Numbered from the stretch's first letter, positions 21,495-32,953 are shown. The stretch is 64,000 bases of DNA from Nitrospirota bacterium (GCA_011620345.1 WOZJ01000015.1:112-64111); one strand, 5' to 3'. A program made the numbers and translations. The notes: generated from the sequence alone by a model not told the origin.

Positions 21495-22263
21495 GTAGCA
21501 AGTCGGCGAGGGCATACCTTACCTTGAGGACGGGCCGAAGGGTCCGTATGCTCCAAAGAAGCCGCCTTTTTTGGGGAAACTCGTTTAAGTAGGCTTGGGA
21601 GAGCTTTGCAAAGAAAGACAAGGAGAACTCTTTTCCAAGGATCTTATTGGCCGACCTTTCCATCCGAATCAGCCCGTACGCTCTCTTGAGGCTGCGAATC
21701 GGCCTTTTGCGGGCTTTTGCCTTGTCGAAATCGACGACGATCAGAAAAACGACGCTCTTTTCCGTTTCCGTGCGAACGAGGAAATTGTTTAAGTTGAGGT
21801 CTTTGTGCTCTATGCCGGCATCATGGAGGCGAACGAGGGCGTTGGCAATTGCCCGCAAGATTGGGCCCTCTTGGATGGAGGCGTAGGCTTGGGGTAGGGG
21901 AACGAAGCCGTTGGCGTAGCGTGTAAGCAGCGCGCCCTTATATAGCGGGCCAAAAACGCGCTTTGTCGCCACTCCGAGGGGTTCAGGAACGCCAAACCCG
22001 AGACGCCTAAGGGTCTTGAGTACGTTGAATTCGTTGTGAAATCGGCTCTTGCCAAAGTAGAGGTCTTGAACGAGCCTCCCAAGTAGCCCTCCCCGTTTGT
22101 AAATCTTGATGAATACGGGTCCTTTTTGGCCCGATTCTTCCGCCAAAAAAAACCGCCCCTTTCCTTTTGTAGGGAAAGGGCGAATACCCGCCGGACAAGG
22201 CAATGAAGGCCGATCGAGCAATGCTTCCACCTTGGCGTAAAGCGAAGTCAGATTATTTCGCAA
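21487..22263 (-). CDS. Kdo/WaaP/InaA-family lipopolysaccharide kinase
   Basis: FIKIY, NEF.VL..L...G..VPEP, HKDLNLNN catalytic loop and VDFDKA; start uncertain (TTG 22263 chosen). Confidence 0.85.
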   Translation of the reverse strand: MRNNLTSLYAKVEALLDRPSLPCPAGIRPFPTKGKGRFFLAEESGQKGPVFIKIYKRGGLLGRLVQDLYFGKSRFHNEFNVLKTLRRLGFGVPEPLGVATKRVFGPLYKGALLTRYANGFVPLPQAYASIQEGPILRAIANALVRLHDAGIEHKDLNLNNFLVRTETEKSVVFLIVVDFDKAKARKRPIRSLKRAYGLIRMERSANKILGKEFSLSFFAKLSQAYLNEFPQKRRLLWSIRTLRPVLKVRYALADLLHV

Positions 22264-23365
22264 TGGCGTCTTCTTGAAGGAGGGCACGTATCCTTTCGAA
22301 CACCTCTTCCGGAGAAATGGATCGCATGCAGACGCGGGCAATGCATCCGCGATTCCTACAAGGAGCGCACGGCACTTTTTTGTATACTACCACCGAATCC
22401 TTGCCCATGGGGGCGTTGAGCAGAGGCTCGGATGGGCCAAACAGTGCTATAATGCGAACGGCCGTAAGACCAGCCAGGTGCATCGGCCCCGTGTCAGCCG
22501 TAACGAACACGTGGGCGAGCGAAAGCAGCGCCATAAGGCCCTTGAGCGATGTTTGGGGTGCGAGCACGGCCGAACCATTCGATGCTCTTTCGAGTTCGGC
22601 GGCCCCTTTAGCCTCCCCAGGCCCGTATACAATGCCGACGTACGCGCCTAGGTTCTTGTGCAGCATGGCCGCAAGCTTGGCGTAATACCCCAAAGGCCAA
22701 GCTTTGTAACGGCCTCGTTTTGAGACGAACGGGTTGAGGAGAATGACGGGGATATGCGCGGCCTTTCGATCGGCAAGCCCACGAAGAAAGGGCGCGAGGC
22801 GATTTCGCTCGCTTGCGTCCAAATCGAGCGAAATAGGCATAGCGGGGCGATCGAGATGTGGTAAGAAAGAAGGGGCGAGGCCTAAAGCTAAGTCCAGGTT
22901 CCTTTCGACCCTGGTCTGGCTGCTTGGAGAGGGGGCAATTTGGAGGTTCAAAAAAAGGTGGTTGAGTTCTCTTGTGAACTCCTTGGCGAACCCTGCCCTT
23001 AAAGGTGCCCCGGAGAGCCGTGCAATCAGCCCTGACTTAAGAATCCCGTGCATGTCGATGACAATCTCAAAGCGCTTTTTTCTTAGGTTTTTTATAAAAG
23101 CGAGCGTTTCCAAGAAGGTACGAACAGCCCAGAACGGACGTTTTGCAAGCGATGAAAGCCGCCTTCTCGGAAAGAGCAGCACTTCGTCCAAAATAGGACT
23201 TTTTTCGAGCAGCTTAAGCGAGTCCTCCTCGGTCATGTAGCAGAGCCTGGCTTCGGGCATGGAGGCTTTTAGAAGGGCTAGGGCTGGAAATGTCCGGACG
23301 ACGTCTCCGACAGCGCCAAGCCGGATGACCAGAATGCCGCCCCCCGACGCCTTCTTGTCTCTCAT
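22253..23365 (-). CDS. GT9 heptosyltransferase (WaaC/WaaF-like)
   Basis: IRLGAVGDVV, IDMHGILKS, KAWP, ADTGPMHLA and LFGPS. Confidence 0.92.
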   Translation of the reverse strand: MRDKKASGGGILVIRLGAVGDVVRTFPALALLKASMPEARLCYMTEEDSLKLLEKSPILDEVLLFPRRRLSSLAKRPFWAVRTFLETLAFIKNLRKKRFEIVIDMHGILKSGLIARLSGAPLRAGFAKEFTRELNHLFLNLQIAPSPSSQTRVERNLDLALGLAPSFLPHLDRPAMPISLDLDASERNRLAPFLRGLADRKAAHIPVILLNPFVSKRGRYKAWPLGYYAKLAAMLHKNLGAYVGIVYGPGEAKGAAELERASNGSAVLAPQTSLKGLMALLSLAHVFVTADTGPMHLAGLTAVRIIALFGPSEPLLNAPMGKDSVVVYKKVPCAPCRNRGCIARVCMRSISPEEVFERIRALLQEDAIAK

Positions 23366-23506
23366 AGCGAACGCCCCATGTTGCGGAGCTATTTTACTAT
23401 CTGTTAAGATCCATTTAGGCGGGTTGTAGGTTTTTCCCCAATAGGCCTGCCTTTATTGTACGTTGATTCGTGCAGCATTTAAAAGGAGGAACCAATTAGT
23501 CAGGCT

Positions 23507-24025
23507 GTGCCCCAAGATTCGGATTACCTATGGGTCAACGTAGCCAAGGAGCACGATGTCTACAGAGCAAGGTTCAAGGCGAAGCAGGCCTGCGAAAGCC
23601 TTGGGATGGGGTCGTACGAGGTTGCCATTGTCGAAACCAGCGTTTCGGAGCTTGGCTGGAACCTCGTGGTGCATGCTAAAGGCGGTATGCTCGGGTTCCG
23701 CTCCTTCAAAGATAGTTACCGTGTGGGGGGTATCAAAGATCGGGATTTTATTCGCACGCTTCGTTACAAGAACCGAAGCTTGATTCTCCATGAAGACAGC
23801 GAGATTCAAATCGAGGGGGTCGAGATTGTCAGCGTCGATAATGGCCCTGGAATCCTGGATATCGAGGTTGTTTTTTCAGAATCCTACGTCTCCAAAACCG
23901 GGCTTGGCCGTGGACTAAAAAGCGTCAAGGGCATGATGGACGAGTTCGCCATCCTATCGTCCCAGGGCAAAGGGGCGCTCATTTGGTGCAGAAAATGGGC
24001 CCGGATAAATCAGGTCTCTCCTTAA
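23507..24025 (+). CDS. RsbT-like anti-sigma/serine kinase (GHKL fold)
   Basis: VSELGWNLVVHA (N box), DNGPGI (G1), GLGRGL..VKGMMDEF and CRKW. Start is GTG 23507 or in-frame ATT 23495. Confidence 0.85.
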   Translation: MPQDSDYLWVNVAKEHDVYRARFKAKQACESLGMGSYEVAIVETSVSELGWNLVVHAKGGMLGFRSFKDSYRVGGIKDRDFIRTLRYKNRSLILHEDSEIQIEGVEIVSVDNGPGILDIEVVFSESYVSKTGLGRGLKSVKGMMDEFAILSSQGKGALIWCRKWARINQVSP

Positions 24026-24029
24026 CGTC

Positions 24030-24638
24030 GTGGCGCAAGAATCGGTACATACGAGAGATATCGGGGTTGTCCACCGCGCAAAGAAAGGAGAGCTCAAGAG
24101 TGGGGATGACTACCTCATCCATGACTTGGGCGAGAAACTCTTCGTTGCCGTCATAGACGGCTTGGGCCATGGCCCCAAGGCCAACGAGGCTGCCGTGACG
24201 ATAAAATCCGTCTTTAAAGAACAAATCGAGAAGGGCAACCTAGCCCTACCTATGCTGTTCGATCTTGCCCACAAGCGGGCCGCGGCGACACGCGGGGGAG
24301 TGGTGGGAGCGGCGCTCGTCGATTATGCGAGGAAGCGCATTTCGTTTTTGGGGGTGGGCAATATCGCGATGAAATGCGTCGGAAAGAATGGCAACGAAAG
24401 CCCTTTAAGCGTGGATGGGATTGTCGGCTACACGATGGACCGGAAAAAACTTCAAGACCTCCCGTTCGAAGAGGGACAAGTTCTTATCATGCATTCGGAC
24501 GGCGTCTCGGAACGCTACGGAACGGCGTTTGTCCGAGAGAACTCCAGCCTTCCCATGCAGGAACTGGTCGAAAAAGTTGTGGATGGCTTCGGCAGGGCCG
24601 ATAGGGACGACGTGACGTTCCTCGCCATCAAACTCTAG
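24030..24638 (+). CDS. RsbX-like PP2C/SpoIIE serine phosphatase
   Basis: SGDD, VIDGLGHG, GVGNI, HSDGV and DDVT metal-binding motifs. Confidence 0.88.
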   Translation: MAQESVHTRDIGVVHRAKKGELKSGDDYLIHDLGEKLFVAVIDGLGHGPKANEAAVTIKSVFKEQIEKGNLALPMLFDLAHKRAAATRGGVVGAALVDYARKRISFLGVGNIAMKCVGKNGNESPLSVDGIVGYTMDRKKLQDLPFEEGQVLIMHSDGVSERYGTAFVRENSSLPMQELVEKVVDGFGRADRDDVTFLAIKL

Positions 24639-25318
24639 CGCTCGATCACCTCTGCCCCTTTGGGCGGCCGAAAACGAAACAGGCCGGCGGAAAGTTTTTC
24701 GTTCCATTTTAGGTTTGAGAAGCGAAGGGCCGTTTGATTCCCAAAATAATCCAGCATGACGATGCCTTGAATCGTATCCCCGCTGGAGGAGAGGTACAAG
24801 GTCAGCTTCTTTAGTGGCATGTCCGTAGCGCGTTTTGGGGCAAGCCCAAGCTTGAGCTCGTTTGGCCCCTCATCGAGCGATACGACCTCGAAAGAGTTTC
24901 TTAGGCTCCCAGCGCCTAAAAGCAATGCGAGGGGGGTTTTGTAAAGCGTATCCTCGCTTAGGCTAGTTTTAAGCACCTGCGTTCCGGATTCGGCGGGCTC
25001 GAGCATCCATAGCGTGGCTCCATCGCTGACGATGACCTTTTTGGGGTCCGAGTCATACTCCCATCGCATCTTTCCGGGCAGGTAGAAGAAGAATCTTCCA
25101 TTCTCTCGGAAATCCCTTTTGCCTTGACTTACTCTTTTCGTGACCTGCAAAAAGTTTCCTTGAATTGTCCGTATGGTCTTATAGCGCTGTTCCAGCCGTC
25201 CGAGCGCACTCTCGAGGCGGTCGATGTCCACTTCCGCCCTTGAAGGGGCATGCAACCCGGGCATAAGTAGGATCAGGAACGATGCAACGACAAAAAAGAA
25301 AGCCTTACCCCGTTTCAT
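24635..25318 (-). CDS. lolA: Outer-membrane lipoprotein carrier LolA
   Basis: Signal peptide, [14 protein letters not shown]...IVSDG.TLW and [10 protein letters not shown]; downstream of ftsK. Confidence 0.88.
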   Translation of the reverse strand: MKRGKAFFFVVASFLILLMPGLHAPSRAEVDIDRLESALGRLEQRYKTIRTIQGNFLQVTKRVSQGKRDFRENGRFFFYLPGKMRWEYDSDPKKVIVSDGATLWMLEPAESGTQVLKTSLSEDTLYKTPLALLLGAGSLRNSFEVVSLDEGPNELKLGLAPKRATDMPLKKLTLYLSSSGDTIQGIVMLDYFGNQTALRFSNLKWNEKLSAGLFRFRPPKGAEVIER

Positions 25319-27431
25319 GGTCTACCCCGGCCTTTGCAATCAGAACTTCTCTAGGTTTTCCAGGTTCGGATTCTTTGGAGACGATCCCGTCCAACTCCAT
25401 CCGCTCGAGCATTCTTGCCGCGCGGTTGTACCCGACACGCAAATGCCGCTGAATGAGCGACACCGAGGCTTTTCTGAGCCTTGTCACCAGCTCGAGGGCC
25501 TCGTCGTAGCGTTCCTCGTGAAGGCCGTTCGTGGACGTGTCCGAATCGTCTGGCCCTTCTAGGAGGGTTCTCCGCTTGATTCGATCAAACAGGTGAAAAT
25601 CGCAAGGGAGCTGATCTTTCCAGTGAACTACCACCCGTTCGATGTCGTTTTCTGGAATATAGCAGCCATGGAGCCGAAAGAGGCTCGAGGCATCCGGCGG
25701 AAGGAAGAGCATATCGCCTTTGCCCAAGAGCGCTTCTGCGCCGATCTGATCGAGAATCGTGCGGGAATCGGGCCTACTCGCCACCTGCAGCGCTACCCTG
25801 CAAGGAAAATTGGCCTTGATGAGTCCCGTGATGATGTCCACGCTCGGCCTCTGCGTAGCGACGATCAAGTGGATCCCGGAGGCCCGGGCCATTTGAGCGA
25901 GCCGGATAAGTGGTTCTTCAACGTGTTTGCCCTCGGACATGATCAGGTCGGCAAGCTCATCGATCACGACGACGAGTCTTGGCAAGGGTGCGAATTCGCG
26001 CTCTTGCCGGGAAAACTCCCGGGCGATGTCGGAATCAGGAGCGGCACTGCCAAGCCTAAGGACAGACTGGTTGAACGCATGCAGGTGTTTTGCCTTAAGC
26101 AGCTTCAGGAGCTGGTAGCGCTCATCCATTTCCATCAACAATGCCTTGAGCATGAACACGGCTTCTTTGGGCTCGATAACGACCGGGCTGAACAGGTGCG
26201 GCAGCTCCTCGAAATGGGAAAACTCTAGGCGCTTCGGGTCGATCAGGACGAGCCTCAGCTCGGCCGGGGAAAGGCGAATCATGAGGCTCACGATCATCGT
26301 GTTGAGCGCGACAGACTTGCCGGAGCCGGTAGCCCCGGCTACGAGCAGGTGTGGTGCCTTGGCCAAATCTACGACTACGGGGCGGCCCTGGACGTCTTGG
26401 CCGAGTGCCAAGGCTAGGTCGCAGGATGCGTTCAGGAAGGCTTTCGTCATGGCAACGGCCCCGAAATACACGGTTTGCCTTTCGGGGTTTGGGACTTCGA
26501 TCCCGATCGTCGCCTTTCCCGCCTCCGGCCCTCGGACACGGATCGACCCAACTCTTAGGATTCTCGCGATGTCTGGAGCAAGCCCGGTGATTCTGCTGAT
26601 TTTCACCCCGGAGGGGATTTCCAGCTCGAACACCGTAATGACGGGGCCGACCGTAAAGCCGGACACCCTTGCAGAGATTCCGAAACTCTCGAGCGCGTCT
26701 TCGGTAGCGCGGGCGAAGATTTCCATCGTTTCTCGATCCTGGGCCGTCTGCCTCTCTTCTGCGTCTCCAGACGTGAGCAGAAAAGGCGAGGGAGGTTTGG
26801 CCTTGGAGGGCGCCGGGGTTTTCGGGGCCGAACCTTCCTCATGGTTCGAAGCCTTATCGAGGTCTGGTTCCTTGGAGGATTTGACGAGCTTGAGCTTGGG
26901 CGATGGGGCAGGTTCTTGATCTTCCTTAAGCTTAAGCTTCTGGTCGAGGAGTCTTGCCTCAACAAGGCTTGCATTGGGTTGGCCTTGCGCAAGCACGATT
27001 TTCTCCTGCTCCATGGGCGCAGATGGGAGGTCTTCGGGTTCTTTCGGGGCTGCCTTTTTGAGCGCCACGGCAAGGAATGCGTATCCCCAGGCCAGGCAAG
27101 AGAAAAACGCGGCGGCCCCGACAAAGGATCTTGGCGCCAACGAGCCAAGAAACTCTCCAAGGGTAAGGCCGAGCCGGCCGACCGCCGGCTCCTTAAGCCC
27201 TATCGTGCTTAAGGCAATCAGCAGGCTGATCGATGTCGAAAGGGCGGAAAGCAAGAGGGTTGGGGACGCAAACGGCAACCCAAGCGCCAGGACAAGCAGG
27301 GCGATCGGGCCGCCCATCCATCCGAACATTTCCTTCCAAAGCCCGCTCAAGGGCAAAGAAAGGCCGGGGAAGGCCCAGCCAAGGAACGCATAGGCCCCGA
27401 TCGAGAGGGCGACCGCTTTGATGTGGCGCAT
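25305..27431 (-). CDS. ftsK: DNA translocase FtsK/SpoIIIE
   Basis: N-terminal TMs, P-rich linker, [35 protein letters not shown] and gamma domain GYNRAAR. Confidence 0.96.
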   Translation of the reverse strand: MRHIKAVALSIGAYAFLGWAFPGLSLPLSGLWKEMFGWMGGPIALLVLALGLPFASPTLLLSALSTSISLLIALSTIGLKEPAVGRLGLTLGEFLGSLAPRSFVGAAAFFSCLAWGYAFLAVALKKAAPKEPEDLPSAPMEQEKIVLAQGQPNASLVEARLLDQKLKLKEDQEPAPSPKLKLVKSSKEPDLDKASNHEEGSAPKTPAPSKAKPPSPFLLTSGDAEERQTAQDRETMEIFARATEDALESFGISARVSGFTVGPVITVFELEIPSGVKISRITGLAPDIARILRVGSIRVRGPEAGKATIGIEVPNPERQTVYFGAVAMTKAFLNASCDLALALGQDVQGRPVVVDLAKAPHLLVAGATGSGKSVALNTMIVSLMIRLSPAELRLVLIDPKRLEFSHFEELPHLFSPVVIEPKEAVFMLKALLMEMDERYQLLKLLKAKHLHAFNQSVLRLGSAAPDSDIAREFSRQEREFAPLPRLVVVIDELADLIMSEGKHVEEPLIRLAQMARASGIHLIVATQRPSVDIITGLIKANFPCRVALQVASRPDSRTILDQIGAEALLGKGDMLFLPPDASSLFRLHGCYIPENDIERVVVHWKDQLPCDFHLFDRIKRRTLLEGPDDSDTSTNGLHEERYDEALELVTRLRKASVSLIQRHLRVGYNRAARMLERMELDGIVSKESEPGKPREVLIAKAGVDHETG

Positions 27432-27437
27432 TTCAAA

Positions 27438-29075
27438 TCAACCGTTCAGGATAACGGGAAGGATGAGAGGCCTCTTGTTGAGCGTTTTTTGGAAGAAGCG
27501 CTTAAGCTTCTTTCGTACGCTTTCCTTTAAGGCGTCGGGGTCTTTGAAGGCTTGAGGGCCGAGAGATTCTACGGTTTCTTCGAGGATTTTTCTGGCCTTG
27601 AAGAGGTGGTCACCGCTGCTTCCGTTCAGAAAACCGCTGGAAACGAGCTCGAAGAGCGTCTCCACTTCCCTCGTTTTGTCGTTGAGGTTGATCAAGACGA
27701 CCACAATCCCTTCGTTCGAGAGAATCCGCCTTTCTTTGAGCGTCTGCGGGTCGATGTCGGCAAGAAGCTTGCCTACGGCCGGAATCCTGCCTACCGGTAC
27801 GGTGCCCAGCTGCTCGGTTCCTTCTTTGCTGACCGCGAAGCGCTCGCCGTCGAGCGCATAGATCAACCGTTCCTTGGGGACTCCCGTCTCGAGCGCAAGT
27901 TCCAAGTGCTGCTTGAGGTGGCGGATCTCGCCGTGGATAGGCATAAAGTACCGCGGCTTAACGAGTTCGAGCATCAGCCGTTGATCTTCCCTGGCTCCAT
28001 GTCCGGAGGCGTGAACTTTTGCGTCGCGTCCGTAGACCGCGTTTGCACCCTGAGCGTAAAGGCCGTTGATGACCTCGTACACCTGGCGCTCGTTGCCGGG
28101 GATGATCCTGGAGGAGAATACAACCGTATCGCCTTCCTCGATAACGATCGAGCGGTGGGCCTTGTTTGTGATGGCCCTTAGCACGGCCTGAAACTCCCCT
28201 TGAGAACCAGTCACGAGGGCGACTACCTCTTGGGGCTTGAGGGATCGAATCGCGCTTTCATGGACCCATAGGCCTACCGGGAGGCGCAAATATCCAAGCT
28301 CTACGGCCGTTTGCAGGTTGTTCAGCATGCTTCTTCCGCAAACGGCCACTTTTCTGCCGAAACGCTCTGCAAGCTCGAACACCTGTTGAATTCTCGGAAT
28401 GTGCGAGGAGAACGTCGTAAAGACGATCTTGCCCGTTGCCTTTTCGAAAATCGGCTCGAGGGCGGGCAAAACCTCCGCTTCGGACGGAGTGAACCCCTCT
28501 ACTTCTATGTTTGTCGAGTCGCTGAGCATCAAAAGCACCCCTTCCTCACCAAGCGCTGCAAACCGCTCCTTGTCGAAAGGGGGCCCTTGTGTTTTAAAGT
28601 CAGACGTATGAACGACCATGCCGGCCGGGGTTTTGATGGCCAGCGCAAGCGAACCAACGATCGAGTGGGCGACAGAGACAAACTCGATATCGAACGGGCC
28701 GACTTGGACCTTGTCTCCGGCGTTCACTCTTTTTAAGAGCCCTTGAGGACTCGCGTTATGCTCTTTGAGCCTGCTTGTGATCAAGGCCAGCGTGAAGTCC
28801 GTCCCGTAGACAGGGACGCCAAGCTCCCTGAAAAAATAAGGGATTGCCCCTATATGGTCTTCGTGCCCGTGCGTGGCCACGATCGCCAACAGCTTCGGGC
28901 CGTCTTCGAACAGGTATTGCGGGTCTGGCAAGTAGGCATCGATCCCGTAGCAGGGTTCGCTCGAGAACATCTGGCCGAAATCGATCAGCACGGCCTCCCC
29001 TTTGTACTCGAGTACCAAGGCGTTGATTCCGATCTCGCCCAACCCCCCCAACGGGGTAACGATGACACGTTCCAT
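27438..29075 (-). CDS. rnj: Ribonuclease J
   Basis: PLGGLGEIG.N, THGHEDHIG, HTSDFK, TGSQGE, HASGHG and PIHGE. Confidence 0.96.
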   Translation of the reverse strand: MERVIVTPLGGLGEIGINALVLEYKGEAVLIDFGQMFSSEPCYGIDAYLPDPQYLFEDGPKLLAIVATHGHEDHIGAIPYFFRELGVPVYGTDFTLALITSRLKEHNASPQGLLKRVNAGDKVQVGPFDIEFVSVAHSIVGSLALAIKTPAGMVVHTSDFKTQGPPFDKERFAALGEEGVLLMLSDSTNIEVEGFTPSEAEVLPALEPIFEKATGKIVFTTFSSHIPRIQQVFELAERFGRKVAVCGRSMLNNLQTAVELGYLRLPVGLWVHESAIRSLKPQEVVALVTGSQGEFQAVLRAITNKAHRSIVIEEGDTVVFSSRIIPGNERQVYEVINGLYAQGANAVYGRDAKVHASGHGAREDQRLMLELVKPRYFMPIHGEIRHLKQHLELALETGVPKERLIYALDGERFAVSKEGTEQLGTVPVGRIPAVGKLLADIDPQTLKERRILSNEGIVVVLINLNDKTREVETLFELVSSGFLNGSSGDHLFKARKILEETVESLGPQAFKDPDALKESVRKKLKRFFQKTLNKRPLILPVILNG

Positions 29076-29236
29076 AATGCGCTAGGGCGGTTCTCCTACG
29101 GAAGTTCTAATATAGGTTTTATAGTACCAACGAACACGGGTGCTAGGCAACAACGGCGTTGTCCGTCCCGCGACCGGACGGCAATGTCGACCGCTTTGCT
29201 GTAGGCAATGGGACAATTTCCTGGCATTTGTCTTGA

Positions 29237-29245
29237 TGGTATAAT
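29237..29245 (+). promoter_or_regulatory. Extended -10 promoter element for the sugar porter
   Basis: TG-G-TATAAT 55 nt upstream of ATG 29300; -35 region poor. Confidence 0.45.
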
Positions 29246-29299
29246 CAGGTTCCCCTGCATGTTTTAATGATTAAGCCGACTTGTCAAAAGGGAGTACGC

Positions 29300-30646
29300 A
29301 TGCAAAAGAAAAAACACGCGCAGACAAGCTTTCTTCTGGCCGCACTGGCCGGGCTCCTTTTTGGCTACGATACGGGCGTGATTTCCGGGGCGCTGTTGTT
29401 CATCAAGCGGGAGTTCGTTGTAAGTCCGCTCCTTGAAGGGGTGATCGTTGCCGCGGTTTTACTCGGCTGCCTTATAGGCGTCTCCGTTGGAATGCCGTTG
29501 GCGCAGAGGTTCGGCAGGAGGGCCACGCTGTTTCTTAGCGCCGTCGTCTTCATCGTGGGGACGATTGCTTGCACGTTTGCCCTGGATATTGCCTGGCTGA
29601 TTGCCGCTCGCTTGATTTTAGGGCTTGCAATCGGGATATCTTCAATGTGTGCCCCCGTTTACCTGGCCGAGCTTGCGCCTGCGGGTGTCAGGGGAAGGCT
29701 CGTCACGCTCTTTCAGCTTTGCATTACCTTGGGAATCCTTACTGCGTACCTCGTCGACTTGCTGCTAGCACCCCATTGGCGGGGCATGTTCTTTGTGGGC
29801 GTTGTTCCCGCCATGATCTTGCTGATTGGCATTTTGCCCAGCCCAGAAAGCCCTAGATGGCTTCTGTCCAAAGGGAGGGAGGACAAGGCTTGGGAGGTGT
29901 TGCTGCGCGTCCGGAGCACAAAGAAAGAGGCGAAAAGGGAGCTGGTCGACATCAAAGAAAGCCTGGCGCACCAGCAAGGGGGGCTTGGAACGCTCCTTAA
30001 GACCCATCTTCGGGTGGCGCTGGCGATCGGCGTCCTTTTGGCCTTTTTCCAGCAAGTGACCGGGATTAACGCCGTGATTTACTTTGCACCATCGATTTTC
30101 AAGGCCGCCGGGTTTGGATCGGACCTTGGCGCGCTTCTTGCGACCGTCGGGGTGGGGGTAATCAACGTCCTGGCCACGATCGCCGCGCTTTACGCCATCG
30201 ACCGGCTGGGTCGGCGTTACCTTTTGCTACTCGGTCTTTCTGGGATGATCGTTACGTTGAGCGCGCTTGCCGTAGGGTTTTGGATAGGCCAGGGAGGGTT
30301 TCTCGCCCCGCTGACGGTTGCAAGCGTTCTTATGTACATCATGTTCTTCGCGATTGGCCTAGGGCCGGGCTTTTGGCTTCTGGCCGCAGAAATATTCCCT
30401 TTGGAAGTGCGCTCGCTAGGCATGGGCTTAGCTACGCTGGCCAACTGGGGCTCGAACCTCGTGGTGTCGCTTACCTTCCCGATGCTGCTCCATTCCTTAG
30501 GCGGAGCGGGTGTCTTTTCTCTCTACGCGTTTTTCTCTGTCATTGCCTGGGTGTTCATTAAGGGCTACGTTCCGGAGACGAAAGGAAAGACGCTCGAAGA
30601 AATCGAGGCTTACTGGCTGGGGTTCAATCGACAGACGAAGCTTTAG
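29300..30646 (+). CDS. MFS sugar porter (GalP/XylE-like)
   Basis: GLLFGYDTG, RFGRR, PESPRWL, QQVTGINAVIY, DRLGRR and PETKGKTLEEI; AAGGGAG SD. Confidence 0.95.
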   Translation: MQKKKHAQTSFLLAALAGLLFGYDTGVISGALLFIKREFVVSPLLEGVIVAAVLLGCLIGVSVGMPLAQRFGRRATLFLSAVVFIVGTIACTFALDIAWLIAARLILGLAIGISSMCAPVYLAELAPAGVRGRLVTLFQLCITLGILTAYLVDLLLAPHWRGMFFVGVVPAMILLIGILPSPESPRWLLSKGREDKAWEVLLRVRSTKKEAKRELVDIKESLAHQQGGLGTLLKTHLRVALAIGVLLAFFQQVTGINAVIYFAPSIFKAAGFGSDLGALLATVGVGVINVLATIAALYAIDRLGRRYLLLLGLSGMIVTLSALAVGFWIGQGGFLAPLTVASVLMYIMFFAIGLGPGFWLLAAEIFPLEVRSLGMGLATLANWGSNLVVSLTFPMLLHSLGGAGVFSLYAFFSVIAWVFIKGYVPETKGKTLEEIEAYWLGFNRQTKL

Positions 30647-30738
30647 GATGAAGGGACGGTTTAGACCCCTCTTGGAGCGATACCGGCGCGAGGTTCGTCG
30701 TTGAGGGCTGGCAAGGCTTAGGCGCGGCAGTGTCCCGT

Positions 30739-32403
30739 CTAAGCGCCCTGCTCTCTGTAAGTGCCGAATACGGCCCTTAGGGTATCCGAAATCTCGCCCA
30801 CGGAGGCATAGGCCTCTACCGCCTCGAGGATCGAAGGCATAATGTTTTCGCCCGCCCTAGCCGTCTTGGAGAGCCTCTCTAGGGCCTCCAAAGCCTTACT
30901 GTCCCCTCTTGATGCCTTGATTTGTGAAAGTCTTTCGATTTGTCCGCGTTCGAGCTCGGGGTCTACCCGAAAGACGGCGATTTTGAGGTCTTCCTCTTCC
31001 TCAAAGGCGTTCATGCCCACGACGATCTCGCGTTTTTCTTCGAGGGCCCTTTGGTAGGCATACGCGCTTTCCTCGATTTTTCGCTTGATGAACCCGGATT
31101 CGATGCACTCGAGGACCGAGCCCCTATCTTCGACCTCCCTCATCAACTTCCTTGTCTTGCGCTCGAGCGCATCCGTGAGCGCTTCGATGGCGAAGCTTCC
31201 GCCAAAGGGGTCGATCGTGTCCGTCAGGTGGGTTTCGTTCGCGATCACCTGCTGGGTACGTAGCGCAAGCTTGACGGAAGCTTCGCTTGGCAGCCCTAGC
31301 GCTTCGTCCATGGAGTTCGTATGGAGCGACTGACACCCCCCCAATACGGCCGCGAGCGCCTGGATCGTGATGCGGACGACGTTGTTCTCGATCTGCTTGG
31401 CCGTAAGCGTGGAACCCGCCGTCTGCACATGGAAGCGCATCATGAGCGAACGGGGGTCTTTGGGGGCGTAGCGCTCCTTTATGAGCCTCGCCCATAGACG
31501 CCTTGCAGCCCGGAACTTGGCAATTTCCTCCAAGAGGGCGTTGTGCGCGTTGAAGAAGAACGAAAGCCTCGGGGCGAACGAGTCGATCGTAAGGCCCGCC
31601 TGGATCGCCGCCTCGACGTAGGCCAGGCCGTTTAAGAGCGTGTAGGCGATTTCCTGCGCGGCCGTGGAACCGGCCTCCCTGATGTGGTAACCGGAAATGG
31701 AGATCGTGTTGAATTTTGGGCAGGTGTCTCTGGCGAACGCGAAGATGTCCGTGATGATTTTAAGCGAGGGCTTGGGCGGGAAGATGTAGGTCCCGCGCGC
31801 GATATACTCCTTGAGGATGTCGTTTTGAATCGTGCCCTGAAGGCGCTCGGTCGCAATCCCCTGCTTCTTGCCGACGGCGATGTACATGGCGAGCAGGATG
31901 GCCGCCGTGGCGTTGATCGTCATGGAAGTCGAGACCTCCCCCAAGGGGATGCCATCGAAGAGTACCTCCATGTCAAAGAGCGTGTCGATCGCCACGCCGA
32001 CCTTCCCGACCTCTCCTTTGGCGAGCGGATGGTCGGAATCGTAGCCCATCTGCGTGGGCAGGTCAAACGCCACGCTGAGCCCAGTCTGGCCCTTGGAGAG
32101 CAGGTAGCGGTAGCGAGCGTTCGTTTCCTTGGCCGTCCCGAACCCGGCGTACTGGCGCATTGTCCAGGGCCTTCCCCTGTACATCGTGGGGTATACCCCC
32201 CTAGAGAACGGGAACTCGCCCGGGAAGCCGATGTCTTCGAGGTAGGGCTTGTTCAGCGTATCGAGCGGAGTGTAGAGCGGCTCGATGGGCAAAGAGCTTG
32301 CCTCGAAGCGCGCCTGGCGCTCCTTGAGCGCCCTTGCGGTGGTTTCGTAACGATCCTTGGCCTCTTGGAGCTTACTTGGGTCTTCTTTCCAGTATCCTGC
32401 CAT
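30739..32403 (-). CDS. Methylmalonyl-CoA mutase, substrate-binding subunit (no B12-binding domain)
   Basis: [10 protein letters not shown] (Tyr, MCM-type), [30 protein letters not shown] and [11 protein letters not shown]; 554 aa. Confidence 0.93.
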   Translation of the reverse strand: MAGYWKEDPSKLQEAKDRYETTARALKERQARFEASSLPIEPLYTPLDTLNKPYLEDIGFPGEFPFSRGVYPTMYRGRPWTMRQYAGFGTAKETNARYRYLLSKGQTGLSVAFDLPTQMGYDSDHPLAKGEVGKVGVAIDTLFDMEVLFDGIPLGEVSTSMTINATAAILLAMYIAVGKKQGIATERLQGTIQNDILKEYIARGTYIFPPKPSLKIITDIFAFARDTCPKFNTISISGYHIREAGSTAAQEIAYTLLNGLAYVEAAIQAGLTIDSFAPRLSFFFNAHNALLEEIAKFRAARRLWARLIKERYAPKDPRSLMMRFHVQTAGSTLTAKQIENNVVRITIQALAAVLGGCQSLHTNSMDEALGLPSEASVKLALRTQQVIANETHLTDTIDPFGGSFAIEALTDALERKTRKLMREVEDRGSVLECIESGFIKRKIEESAYAYQRALEEKREIVVGMNAFEEEEDLKIAVFRVDPELERGQIERLSQIKASRGDSKALEALERLSKTARAGENIMPSILEAVEAYASVGEISDTLRAVFGTYREQGA

Positions 32404-32417
32404 CGTGTTGCTGCCTT

Positions 32418-32951
32418 TTAGGGTAAGGCGGTTGCCTGGCCGATTGTGATGAGGGGGGCCTTGCCCTCGAGGGCCTGGCCTTCCTGGGCAAAAATCTTTA
32501 AAACTACCCCCTCGATCGGGCTCTTGAGCTCGTTTTCCATCTTCATCGCCTCGATGACGGCGAGCCCTTGGCCTTTTTCCACCTTCTCACCCTTGGCGAC
32601 CAAGACGGCAACGACCTTTCCGGGCATGGGGGCCGTAACCGTAACCTCCCCCCCCTGTGCGGCCGCTCCTTCTTTGGCTTGCTGTAACAGCGCTTCTCGC
32701 TCGTCCAGGACGGAGACAATCAAGGGCTCATTCCCGAAATGCAGTTCAATATCGCCGTTTTGAATATCGCAGTCGAACTCGTAGACCCTCGTTCCCACGA
32801 TCACGCTGAAGCAGTTGGGCTCTACTCTGTGGGCATCGAGCTCGATTGTTCGTCCGTCTTCGAACCGGACGAGAACCCTGGCCAGCCCCAACCCGGGCTT
32901 TTCGACCTCCAGGCGTTGTTTAAGCGCGTTGAGCCGAACGATGTACCCCAT
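32418..32951 (-). CDS. Biotin carboxyl carrier protein
   Basis: APMPGKV and EAMKMENE biotinylation motif. Confidence 0.92.
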   Translation of the reverse strand: MGYIVRLNALKQRLEVEKPGLGLARVLVRFEDGRTIELDAHRVEPNCFSVIVGTRVYEFDCDIQNGDIELHFGNEPLIVSVLDEREALLQQAKEGAAAQGGEVTVTAPMPGKVVAVLVAKGEKVEKGQGLAVIEAMKMENELKSPIEGVVLKIFAQEGQALEGKAPLITIGQATALP

Positions 32952-32953
32952 GG

